Below are positions 38,909 through 51,384 of a stretch of DNA of 59,152 nt, one piece after another. Origin of the DNA: Actinomycetota bacterium (lineage in GTDB: Bacteria > Actinomycetota > UBA4738 > HRBIN12); contig JBDUEF010000001.1 of NCBI GenBank assembly GCA_040002535.1, positions 1 through 59,152 on the forward strand, given 5' to 3'. The translations under genes were made by a program, and so were the position numbers. The notes under the pieces were generated by a model. It ran no database searches and was not told the origin of the DNA. It saw nothing but the letters and a program-made list of their open reading frames with translations. Positions within the stretch are counted from its first letter, which is position 1, and every line of letters starts with the position of its first letter.

Positions 38909-39367
38909 ATGGACCATGTGCACGCCACCGTCGGGATCGACAACGACGCCGTGATGGAGACGTTGCGGTCGCGCGGCCTGCGGATGACACCGCAGCGCCG
39001 GGCGATCGTGTCGGAGGTGCTTCGGACCCCGGGCCACATCTCCCCTGCCGCCATCGCGAGGACGGTCCAGGGGGAGATGCCGGGGGTGAACGCCTCCACC
39101 GTCTATCGGACGCTCTCGCTGCTCGAGGAGGTCGGCGTGCTCCAGCACTCCCACCTCGAATCGGGAGCGGAGTACCACCGCGCCGAGGAGGCCGCGCACG
39201 TCCACCTCACGTGCAGCAGGTGCGGTAGCGAGGACGCACTGAGCCTGGCGGAGGCGGACTCGCTGCACGGCCTGATCCGTGCACACCACGGGTTCGAGGC
39301 CGATCTCACCCACTTCGCCATCGGCGGGCTGTGCCATCGATGCGCGAAGCTCCCCGCCGCGCTGTAG
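38909..39367 (+). CDS. Fur family transcriptional regulator (metal not assignable; Nur/Zur/Fur-like)
   Basis: LRSRGLRMTPQRRAIVSEVL winged helix, HSH...H metal site, and C-terminal CSRC...CHRC pairs. Start uncertain (ATG 38885, 38909 or 38954). Confidence 0.8.
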   Translation: MDHVHATVGIDNDAVMETLRSRGLRMTPQRRAIVSEVLRTPGHISPAAIARTVQGEMPGVNASTVYRTLSLLEEVGVLQHSHLESGAEYHRAEEAAHVHLTCSRCGSEDALSLAEADSLHGLIRAHHGFEADLTHFAIGGLCHRCAKLPAAL

Positions 39368-39371
39368 AGCC

Positions 39372-40352
39372 TCACCCGCCGAACAGGCCGGGCAGCAGGG
39401 TGTCCTTCCCCAGCAGGAACAACGTGCCGATCACCGTGCTGAACAGGGCCGTGAGCAGGGCCACCACCAGGTAGACGGGCCAGTTCCTGGATGCGCGCAG
39501 GAAACCCATGGCCGAACCGACGGTGATCAGTGTGTTCGAGACCAGGAGGCCGGCGATGAAGGTCGCCAGCACCAGCTCGCCCGCGAGCCGCCCGCCCGCC
39601 CCTGCAGCCGTGAGGAAGATGAGCAGCTGGGTCGGGGTCTCGGCACCCACGCCGTGGATCATGCCGACCCCGAACGCGGTGGCTCGGCCGTACTGCATCA
39701 GCTGATCGTCGGGCTCGGGGTGCTTGTGGTGGTGATGGCCCGGACGGCCGTGATGGCCGTGGTGCCACTCGGAGACCGGGATGTCCTCCGCGACCGCGAC
39801 CGAGAACGATGTGTCCTGGACCGAGTGCACGTGCACCGGCTCCGCGTCATGGCGATGATCCGGGGGCGGCTCGGTGTCGGAGGCGGAGCTGCGCGCTGCG
39901 CGGAGCCTGCGGACGGTCGAGCGCACGCCCGAGAAGACCAACATCCACCGGCTGCGCATCCGGAACTCGCGGCCGTGCTTCACCAGACCCAGAACCACGG
40001 AGATCCCCAGGAGGATCAGCGTCACCCCGACGATCTTGGTCATCACGCCGTCGACGCTCTCGGGAAGGCGTTGGCCCAGGAGGATGGCGGCGGTCCCGAT
40101 CAGGAAGACGACCAGTGCGTGGCCGGCCGCGTACACGGAGCCGAACAGGATCGAGCGCCCGCGATCCTCCTGCGTGCCGGTGATGTCGGTGATGGCGGCG
40201 ATGTGATCCCAGTCGATGCCGTGCCGGAACCCGAACAGGAAGGCCGATCCCAGCAATCCGGCCCCGAAGGCGCCTGTGGCCGCCAGCAGCGTTGCCGTGT
40301 TCATGGAACAGATACAACCACACCATGCAACCTGCTGCACCTGCAGGCCCAT
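39372..40352 (-). CDS. NiCoT-type nickel/cobalt transporter with His-rich cytoplasmic loop
   Basis: FRHGIDWDHIAAITD matches the NiCoT H-x4-D-H signature helix. The central loop DHRHDAEPVHVH...EWHHGHHGRPGHHHHKHPE is histidine-rich, with a second half GMIHGVGAETP. ATG 40352 lies 10 nt after AAGGAG and adds an N-terminal WCGCICS. ATG 40304 is the alternative start. Confidence 0.72.
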   Translation of the reverse strand: MGLQVQQVAWCGCICSMNTATLLAATGAFGAGLLGSAFLFGFRHGIDWDHIAAITDITGTQEDRGRSILFGSVYAAGHALVVFLIGTAAILLGQRLPESVDGVMTKIVGVTLILLGISVVLGLVKHGREFRMRSRWMLVFSGVRSTVRRLRAARSSASDTEPPPDHRHDAEPVHVHSVQDTSFSVAVAEDIPVSEWHHGHHGRPGHHHHKHPEPDDQLMQYGRATAFGVGMIHGVGAETPTQLLIFLTAAGAGGRLAGELVLATFIAGLLVSNTLITVGSAMGFLRASRNWPVYLVVALLTALFSTVIGTLFLLGKDTLLPGLFGG

Positions 40353-40376
40353 GCAGAAGGGGCTCCTTGCCTCGTT

Positions 40377-42005
<1,629 letters not shown>

Positions 42006-42036
42006 AGACCCTCCTCGGACGGGGGCGGCGGCCGGA

Positions 42037-42978
42037 TCAGTCTGCGGAGGCGGCCGTCGCCTCTAGGATAGCCGCGGTGCGGTAGGGATCGACCCGGCGA
42101 GCGGCCAGATCGTCCGCGATCGCGGGTGTGGCGTCGAACGCCGCCGCCACGCGGGTGCGGAACGTCGCCGACACCAGCGACTCCACCTCCCTCCGCAGGC
42201 GCGCCCGGCGCCTGCGCTCCACGCCCCCGGTCGCCACCATGTGGGCACGGTGCGACTCGATGGCCGCCCACAGCTCGGCAACCCCCTCCTTCGACGGTGC
42301 GGTGGTGGTGAGCACCGGAGGCGACCAGTCCCGATGCGGGCCCATGCCCAGCATCTGGCGGAGGTCGCCTGCCGTCTGGCCGGCGCCGTCGCGGTCCCCC
42401 TTGTTCACGACGAAGACATCGGCCACCTCCAGGATGCCGGCCTTGGCCATCTGCACGGCGTCGCCCGCCCCGGGGGCCAGCACCACCACGGTGGTGTCAG
42501 TGGCGGCGGCAACATCCACCTCGGCCTGCCCCACGCCCACGGTCTCCACGATCACGTGCCCGTAGCCGGCGGCCTCCAGGATCCGCACCGCCTCCGGAGC
42601 CGCCAGCGCCATCCCGCCCAGGTGTCCGCGCGTGGCCATGGAGCGGATGAAGACCCCCGGATCGGTCGCGTGCTCCTGCATCCGGACGCGATCGCCCAGC
42701 AGGGCCCCGCCGGTGAACGGTGAGGTCGGGTCGACGGCCAGGACCGCCACGCGCTCCCCCGCCGCCCGCGCGGTGCGTACCAGCTCGCCGGCCAGGGTCG
42801 ACTTCCCCACACCGGGCGCGCCGGTGAGCCCGATCGTGGCGGCGGTGCCCGTGTGTGCGTAGATGCCGCTGGAGAGGGCCGCGAGCTCGGGGGCGCCGTC
42901 CTCCACCAGGGAGATGGCGCGAGCCACCGACCGCCGCTCGCCCGCCAGCACGCCTCGGATCAGGTCGGTCACGTCCAC
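42037..42978 (-). CDS. meaB: MeaB/ArgK-type G3E GTPase (mutase chaperone)
   Basis: GTG 42978 gives 313 aa starting VDVTDLIRGVLAGERRSVARAISLVE. P-loop GLTGAPGVGKST, ETVGVGQ, and NKGD. The 571-aa track ORF is over-extended. Confidence 0.88.
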   Translation of the reverse strand: MDVTDLIRGVLAGERRSVARAISLVEDGAPELAALSSGIYAHTGTAATIGLTGAPGVGKSTLAGELVRTARAAGERVAVLAVDPTSPFTGGALLGDRVRMQEHATDPGVFIRSMATRGHLGGMALAAPEAVRILEAAGYGHVIVETVGVGQAEVDVAAATDTTVVVLAPGAGDAVQMAKAGILEVADVFVVNKGDRDGAGQTAGDLRQMLGMGPHRDWSPPVLTTTAPSKEGVAELWAAIESHRAHMVATGGVERRRRARLRREVESLVSATFRTRVAAAFDATPAIADDLAARRVDPYRTAAILEATAASAD

Positions 42979-43004
42979 GGTGCCGAAGCCTACCCGGCAG
43001 CGCC

Positions 43005-43412
43005 TCAGGCGGTGGAGAGCAGGCGGTTCAGGCGTGTCAGGAGCAGCGGGTGGCGGAGCAGGCCGCGGACGCGCACCCGCCCCTGCAGGATGCATCGCAG
43101 CACCTCCCGGCCGGCGGCGGTGAGGATGTCGGGCAGGCCCAGGCGCAGGGGGACCGCCGCCAGATCCAGCAACCGGCGTGCGTCCGTCGACACGTCGAGC
43201 TGCGCGTGCGGGTCGGTTCCGTTGGCGACCCGCACACCGCTGCTGGCGAAGTGGAGGGTGGCAGCGACACCGATGTCCGTGGCGGTGAGGGTGACGACGC
43301 CGGGCTGCAGCAGGCGCCGGCGGGGGGGGTCCCGAGCGAGGTTCTGCTCGATCAGGGTTCCCAGCATCGACGCGAGGCCATCCGGCTCGGCGTCGGCGAA
43401 GGTCACGCTCAC
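43005..43412 (-). CDS. SCP2 sterol-carrier-like domain protein
   Basis: GTG 43412 (GTGA overlap with the ADH stop) gives 135 aa. It has the typical SCP2 C-terminal pattern ...ILQGRVRVRGLLRHPLLLTRL. Confidence 0.6.
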   Translation of the reverse strand: MSVTFADAEPDGLASMLGTLIEQNLARDPPRRRLLQPGVVTLTATDIGVAATLHFASSGVRVANGTDPHAQLDVSTDARRLLDLAAVPLRLGLPDILTAAGREVLRCILQGRVRVRGLLRHPLLLTRLNRLLSTA

Positions 43413-44449
43413 GGCACCAGCAGCACCTTGGTCGCTTCGCGCCGGTCGAACAGGTCGTAGCCGTGGGCGGCCTGTGCCAGCGGCAACCGATGCGAGACCA
43501 GGGGCATCGGGTCCAGCCGCCCCGCCTCCAGCTCGGCCATGGCGCCCTCCCACCACGCGTGGACGGGACAGACGCCGCTGAATCGAAGGTCGATCGCGCG
43601 TGCCCACCAGACGCCGAGCTGCATGGACACCGTCTCTCCCGTGTACATGCCGACCACCACCACGGTCGCGCCTCGGCGGGCGACGTCGGCGGCGGTGTCG
43701 AAGGCGTCAGGATGCCCGACGGCCTCGATGACGATGTCGGCCCCGCGCCCACCCGTGACCTCGGCGACGGCCGTCACCGGGTGGCGCGCGGTGACGTCGA
43801 TGGGCACGGCGCCCGCCGCCGCCGCCAGCGCCAAGCGCGCGGGATCGCGGTCCAGCGCCAGCACCTGCCTCGGGCCGCGCGTCAGCGCGGCCTGGACGGT
43901 GCAGTACCCGACCGGTCCGACGCCCACCACCGCCACCGTGTCCTGCGGTCCGATGCCGGCGATCGAGGCCGCGTACCACCCGGTGGTGAGGACGTCGCCG
44001 ACGAACACCGCCGCCTCGTCGGTGACGCCGTGGGGGATCCCCAGCAGGTTCACGTCGGCGACCGGCACGCGGAGCCGCTCTGCCTGGGCGCCCGCCAGGC
44101 CGCCGCCGAACGCGCCCGCCCCCAGGTTGCGGAAATCCTCGCAGAGCTGCGTCTGACCTCGTTCGCAGAACCAGCATGCCCCGCAGACGATGTCGAAGGC
44201 CACGACCACGCGATCGCCGGGCGCGAAGCGCGTGACGGCGTCGCCGACCTCCTCCACCACGCCGACGGCCTCGTGGCCGATGCCCTCCCCCGGCGACATG
44301 GGCGCCTTCCCGTGGAAGAAGTGCAGGTCCGATCCACAGATCGCGGCGCACGTGAGTCGGAGCACGGCGTCGCCGGGCTCCTCCACCACCGGGTCGGACA
44401 CGACGTCGACACGGACCCGGCCCACGCCGTCGAAGACGACCGCGCGCAC
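43409..44449 (-). CDS. Zinc-dependent alcohol dehydrogenase (MDR superfamily)
   Basis: GTG 44449 gives 346 aa. Catalytic zinc ligands CGSDLH...GHE, structural zinc CGACWFCERGQTQLC, and NAD fold VVGVGPVG. Confidence 0.85.
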   Translation of the reverse strand: MRAVVFDGVGRVRVDVVSDPVVEEPGDAVLRLTCAAICGSDLHFFHGKAPMSPGEGIGHEAVGVVEEVGDAVTRFAPGDRVVVAFDIVCGACWFCERGQTQLCEDFRNLGAGAFGGGLAGAQAERLRVPVADVNLLGIPHGVTDEAAVFVGDVLTTGWYAASIAGIGPQDTVAVVGVGPVGYCTVQAALTRGPRQVLALDRDPARLALAAAAGAVPIDVTARHPVTAVAEVTGGRGADIVIEAVGHPDAFDTAADVARRGATVVVVGMYTGETVSMQLGVWWARAIDLRFSGVCPVHAWWEGAMAELEAGRLDPMPLVSHRLPLAQAAHGYDLFDRREATKVLLVP

Positions 44450-44450
44450 C

Positions 44451-44870
44451 TCAGGCCTCGTCGGGGAACTCGGTCCGGATCTGCTGGGTGAGCTCCACGA
44501 GCTCGCTGGCAGCACGGACCTCGCGCACGATCGTCGGCAGGTCGCCCTCCACCTTCAGCTTGCCCTGCATCATGCCCTTGATCGGATCGAGGTCGCCGGT
44601 GACGACCTCCTTCCACCGGGAGTACGGCGCGCGGATCACGTAGGCGGCGGCTCGGCCTCGCTCGGGCGTCACCACGCCGCCTCCCCGACACTCGCCGTGC
44701 CAGAGATCGAGCCGTCCCCACGCATCCTGGGGCAGACCGCGGTCGGGCTCGGCCTCGATCAGGAACGCGATGTCCCCCTCCCAGTTCGCCGCGGCCTCGC
44801 GATACGAGGCGGAATCGCCGATCAGGGCGATCAAGGCCTGGAACCAAGCGTCGGTTGGGAAGGCGACCAT
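44451..44870 (-). CDS. SCP2 sterol-carrier-like domain protein
   Basis: 139 aa. DPIKGMMQGKLKVEGDLPTIVR is the canonical SCP2 C-terminal motif. Confidence 0.7.
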   Translation of the reverse strand: MVAFPTDAWFQALIALIGDSASYREAAANWEGDIAFLIEAEPDRGLPQDAWGRLDLWHGECRGGGVVTPERGRAAAYVIRAPYSRWKEVVTGDLDPIKGMMQGKLKVEGDLPTIVREVRAASELVELTQQIRTEFPDEA

Positions 44871-44874
44871 GTCC

Positions 44875-45678
44875 TCAGCCCACCACCTTCAGCACGGTCA
44901 GCACCGTCACCAGGTTGAAGGCCGCGTGCGCGGCGATGTTGGCGCCCAGCGTGCCGCGCCACTCATAGAGGCCGGCCAGACACACGCCGAAGCTCCCGAT
45001 GGCGATCTGCAGCATCAGGTTCGCCGCCAGGCTGCCCGCTCCGGAGTGGAGCAGCGCGAACAGCGCGCCCGAACCCAGGGCGCCGACCCAGAAGCCGTAC
45101 CGATCGCGCAGCGCGCGGAAGAACAACCCGCGGAAGAAGAACTCCTCGACGACGGGGGCCACCACCACCACAGCCACCACGAACACGATCGCCGCCCACC
45201 CGTGGATGTCCGACCCCACCTGCTCGGCCGGCGTCACGTCATGGCCGACGAGCGCTCGGAAGAGAGGTTGCAGCACGAAGGTCACCAGAACCCCCAACGC
45301 GAATGTGGCGGCGATGCCGAGCGCGGCGCCGAGCGCCACCTCGCGCGGCAGCTCGCGGAGCCTCGGAAAGCGCACGACAGGCCGCCATCCCGGGTGCCGC
45401 CACGCCAGGTAGCCGATCAGCACCAGGAGCACGACGATCTGGTCCACGCCGTTCGCCAGGAAGTCGACGCCGCCGAGCCGCCCCGTGTCGGTGGGGCTCT
45501 GTCGGAAGGCAAGATAGACCCCGATGGCAGGGAAGGTGCCAAGCACCAGCGCGCCGAGCCCCACCAACATGATCTCCCACCACCGCCAGGTGGCCTTGGG
45601 CAGCACGTCGATGCCGATCCCTGCGCCCCCGCCGGGGGGCGGGGGCAGGTCCGGCCGAGGCGGGAGGAGATCGGTCAC
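44875..45678 (-). CDS. CPBP (CAAX/Abi) family intramembrane glutamic endopeptidase
   Basis: GTG 45678 (GTGA overlap) gives 267 aa. Motif 1 is VVEEFFFRGLFF, motif 2 is FALLH, and motif 3 is a downstream His (AAHAAFN). Confidence 0.75.
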   Translation of the reverse strand: MTDLLPPRPDLPPPPGGGAGIGIDVLPKATWRWWEIMLVGLGALVLGTFPAIGVYLAFRQSPTDTGRLGGVDFLANGVDQIVVLLVLIGYLAWRHPGWRPVVRFPRLRELPREVALGAALGIAATFALGVLVTFVLQPLFRALVGHDVTPAEQVGSDIHGWAAIVFVVAVVVVAPVVEEFFFRGLFFRALRDRYGFWVGALGSGALFALLHSGAGSLAANLMLQIAIGSFGVCLAGLYEWRGTLGANIAAHAAFNLVTVLTVLKVVG

Positions 45679-47324
45679 GAGGCCACCATCATCCCCGCTC
45701 GATCCCGCAACGACACGAAGAGGAGCCCCCCCAGCGCCGTCCCGAAACCCAGGCCCAGCGCCGCCACTCCCGTGTCGTTCGCCAGATAGGCGACGACGCT
45801 CCCCCACAGGATCGTGAGCAGCGCCTCACGCCAGCCCGGATGCCGGTCGAACGAGGCCCGGATCGGTTCGGGTGGGCGACGCACGACGAGCAGGGTCGCA
45901 ACCACCCCGATCACCGGCAGGATCGCGAACGGGTTCCGCACGATCAGGTCGAACCCCGTCCCCAGCCGATGCACGACGGTCGACAGCACCCCCTCCCCCT
46001 GCCCCTCCACGAAGTTCGTGATGTGCGTGGGGGGCCCGGGGAGGACCCGGTTCAGGATCAGGACCACCACGAGGCCCGCGGCCGCCGTCACGACGCAGGC
46101 CAACACGGTGACGAGCGCACCCCGTCCGTCGCGCAAGCCCCACCACAGCCCGGCAGCCGCCGCCAGCGTGACGGCGGCCCCGAGATTCGCGCCGGCGAAC
46201 GGCAGCCCGGCGAACAGGGCGGCCGCGGCCAGCAGCGCCACGCCCGCCGCCGTTCGATCCAGCGCGAGTGCCACGAACACGCTCGCCCCCAGCAGGAGGC
46301 TGATGTCCACGTTGGGAAGCCCGTAGAAGCGGCCGCCGTCGAGCTGGGTCCCGCCCAAGAACGTGTGGAGGGCCGCCGCCCAGGCCAGGGCGGCCTCCAG
46401 GACGAACACCGCCAGGCTCGCGGCGCCGAGCCAGGCCAGTGCGGCGAGCGTTCCGCGCCGACGCGCGACGGGGACCCAGATGGCGGTGCCGAGCGCGGCG
46501 CCCCCCGCGACGACCGGCAGCACCGTCGCGTACGACAGGTTCGGGAGGTGGCCTGCCAGCAGCAGCACGACCGCCAGGGGCACCACCGAGATCGCCGCCC
46601 AGGCGCACAGCGATCGAAGCCACGGAGAGACGGGGCGCCGTGACGCCAGCAGGGCGACGCCGAGCAGGCCCGCGAGGGTCACGTACACGCCCGCCGCCGT
46701 CTGGATCGGGACGGACATGCGGCGGTTGGCGAGGTACCGCCGGTACAGGTCGATCGGTGGCGGCGTGTCGACAGGAGAGATCTGGAACCCTCCCGTAGGA
46801 CAGCTGGCGACGGCGATCGCGCACATGGTGGCCTCGATGTCCTGGCTCGCGACGACGCCGTCGCGCCGGGTGCTGTCGGACGTGAGCGACCGGGGCGATG
46901 AACCAGGCATCCAGATCGGGGGCCCGACGACCACCGATCCGAGCTCGTCGCCCGCGAGACCCGAACCGTCGGAGACGATCCAGACGGCGAGATGCGGATC
47001 CTGTTCGAGCTCCACCAGTCGTGTCCCGATGGCTGCCAGACCGTCGGCACCGACCCCAAGGTCCTCGATCGAGTACGAGACGTCCTGCGTCGCGGTGGTC
47101 GCAGCGAGCGCATCGCCGAGACGTCCCGCGTGTGCGAGCAGCGCCGCTCCTCCCGTCGTCGCCAGGTCTCGGACGGACGAGATCTCCAGCAGCTGCTCGA
47201 GGCTCACGTCGTGGACGCGCAGCACGATGGAGCGGTACGTCGGCTCGCCGGCGCGGGCTGAGACACCGCCGGTCCCGCCGACCAGCAGCAGCGCGGCCGC
47301 TGCGACGAGGGCGGCGCGCTTCAC
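45675..47324 (-). CDS. Uncharacterised membrane protein: signal peptide, extracytoplasmic domain of about 200 aa, then about 9-10 TM segments
   Basis: 549 aa. KRAALVAAAALLLVGGTGGVSARA resembles a signal peptide. The C-terminal two-thirds is Ala/Leu/Gly-rich TM helices. GTG start overlaps the murA stop (GTGA). I recognise no family. Confidence 0.6.
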   Translation of the reverse strand: MKRAALVAAAALLLVGGTGGVSARAGEPTYRSIVLRVHDVSLEQLLEISSVRDLATTGGAALLAHAGRLGDALAATTATQDVSYSIEDLGVGADGLAAIGTRLVELEQDPHLAVWIVSDGSGLAGDELGSVVVGPPIWMPGSSPRSLTSDSTRRDGVVASQDIEATMCAIAVASCPTGGFQISPVDTPPPIDLYRRYLANRRMSVPIQTAAGVYVTLAGLLGVALLASRRPVSPWLRSLCAWAAISVVPLAVVLLLAGHLPNLSYATVLPVVAGGAALGTAIWVPVARRRGTLAALAWLGAASLAVFVLEAALAWAAALHTFLGGTQLDGGRFYGLPNVDISLLLGASVFVALALDRTAAGVALLAAAALFAGLPFAGANLGAAVTLAAAAGLWWGLRDGRGALVTVLACVVTAAAGLVVVLILNRVLPGPPTHITNFVEGQGEGVLSTVVHRLGTGFDLIVRNPFAILPVIGVVATLLVVRRPPEPIRASFDRHPGWREALLTILWGSVVAYLANDTGVAALGLGFGTALGGLLFVSLRDRAGMMVAS

Positions 47325-48598
47325 GGTCGGGTCGGGATGAGCTCCCGCTCGCGCCGGACCTCGGCGCCCAGGGCTGTCAGCTTCGCCTCGAAGTCCTCGT
47401 AGCCGCGGTCCACGTGATGGACGTCGGACACCTCGGTCACGCCGTCGGCCGACAGCGCCGCCACCACCATGGCGGCGCCGGCACGGATGTCCAGCGCGCG
47501 CACAGGGGCCGCCGACAGACGCTCCACGCCCCGGATCACCGCGTGGTGACCCTCGGTCCGGACATCGGCGCCCATCCGCACCAGTTCGTCCACGTACAGG
47601 AAGCGGCTATCGAAGACGTTCTCGGTGGCGATGCTGGTACCGGCCGCCGTGGCCAGCACCGCCATCATCAGGGGTTGGAAATCGGTGGCGAGCCCCGGGT
47701 ACGGCAGGGTGACGAAGTCCACCGCCCGGGCGCGATCAGCCTGACGGATCCGCACGCCCGCCTCGGTGAGGTCGACCTGCGCGCCCATGTCGGCGAGCTT
47801 CATCAGGGCGAGCTCCAGGTGGTCGGTACGCGCGCCGATCAGCTCCACGTCGCCCTGCGTGGCCACGGCCGCCATCGCGAACGTGCCGGCCTCGATCCGG
47901 TCCGGGATCGTGGCATGGTCGGCGGGCGCGAAGGACGCGACGCCCTCGATCTCGATCGTGCTGGACCCGGCGCCGGCGATCCGGGCGCCCATCGATGCGA
48001 GGAACGCCGCCAGGTCGGCGATCTCCGGCTCGCGAGCCGCGTTGTCGAGCACCGTGGTGCCGCGGGCGGCGACGGCCGCCATCAGCAGGTTCTCGGTAGC
48101 ACCGACGCTCGGATAGTCCAGTGTGATGGCCGTGCCCTGCAGTCGCCGGGCGCGGGCATGCAGGAAGCCGTGCTCCATCCCGATCTCGGCCCCCATCCGT
48201 TCCAGGCCTTTGAGGTGGAGGTCGATCGGCCTGGTCCCGATGTTGTCACCCCCGGGAAGCGCCACCCGGGCTTCGCCGCACCGCGCCAGCAACGGCCCCA
48301 GGACCACGATCGAGGCCCGCATCCGGCGAACCAGCTCGTAGGGCGCCTCGACCGAGGTGACCTCGGAGGCGTCGATGGTGACCCGATCCCCCTCCCAGCT
48401 GACGCCGAGGCCCATATGTTCCAGCACCTCGCCCATCGTGCGACAGTCTTGGATACGGGGCACCCGTGAGATCGTGCAGCGGCCCGGCGCCAGCAACGCG
48501 GCCGCCATCAACTTCAGCGCGGAGTTCTTGGCGCCGGAGACGGACACCTGCCCGGCCAGGCGCGTTCCCCCGGTGACGAGGAGTCGATCCATGGTCAC
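47321..48598 (-). CDS. murA: UDP-N-acetylglucosamine 1-carboxyvinyltransferase
   Basis: 425 aa. GAKNSALKLMAAALLA and the overall EPSP-synthase-fold repeat pattern. Its position after the atp operon matches many Actinobacteria. Confidence 0.95.
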   Translation of the reverse strand: MTMDRLLVTGGTRLAGQVSVSGAKNSALKLMAAALLAPGRCTISRVPRIQDCRTMGEVLEHMGLGVSWEGDRVTIDASEVTSVEAPYELVRRMRASIVVLGPLLARCGEARVALPGGDNIGTRPIDLHLKGLERMGAEIGMEHGFLHARARRLQGTAITLDYPSVGATENLLMAAVAARGTTVLDNAAREPEIADLAAFLASMGARIAGAGSSTIEIEGVASFAPADHATIPDRIEAGTFAMAAVATQGDVELIGARTDHLELALMKLADMGAQVDLTEAGVRIRQADRARAVDFVTLPYPGLATDFQPLMMAVLATAAGTSIATENVFDSRFLYVDELVRMGADVRTEGHHAVIRGVERLSAAPVRALDIRAGAAMVVAALSADGVTEVSDVHHVDRGYEDFEAKLTALGAEVRRERELIPTRP

Positions 48599-48672
48599 CG
48601 ATTGTAGGGCGCCCCACGCCGCCGTCCCGCAGGTGGCGCGTGCGGATGCGGTCCCCGGGCAGCGGAACGTGC

Positions 48673-49055
48673 CTACGAGCGGAGATCGACGCGCGCGGTT
48701 GCCTTCGCGAGCGCCTCCCTGGCCTCATCGTCGTCGTGGCCCTGCAGCTCCTGCTGCGCCCGGACGGCGGCGTCGAAGTCGATCTCGGACTCCAGCTCGG
48801 CCTGCGTGGCCATCACGTCCACCCGCGTGCCCTCCTCGCCGGAGGTGACGTGCATGAAGCCTCCGTCGACGATCGCCCGCAGCTCCTCGCCGCCCTCCTC
48901 CTGGATCCTGAGCGGCCCGACCGCGAGCTGGATCAGGAGCGGCGCGTGCCCACCGAGGATCCCCACCTCGCCGGCCACACCTCGAGCGATCACCATCTGA
49001 GCGGTGCCGGCCCACACCTCACGCTGCGGGGTCACGACGTGCACGTCGACCGCCA

Positions 49056-49056
<1 letters not shown>
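48673..49056 (-). CDS. atpC: F1 ATP synthase subunit epsilon
   Basis: GTG 49056 shares its G with the atpD TAG (TAGTG) and gives 127 aa. VVTPQREVWAGTAQMVIARGVAGEVGILGGHAPL is canonical. Confidence 0.85.
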
Positions 49057-51381
<2,325 letters not shown>

Positions 51382-51384
51382 GTG

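Noticed and set aside
40305-40376. Repeats upstream of the Ni/Co transporter: a direct repeat CCATGCA (40323-40329 and 40349-40355) and an inverted repeat CTGCA-CC-TGCAG (40335-40346). They might be a Nur/Fur-type operator or a metal riboswitch.
   Set aside because: If ATG 40352 is the start, most of this lies inside the coding region. The space is too short for a NiCo or cobalamin riboswitch. The repeats match no Fur-family box that I can recall with confidence.
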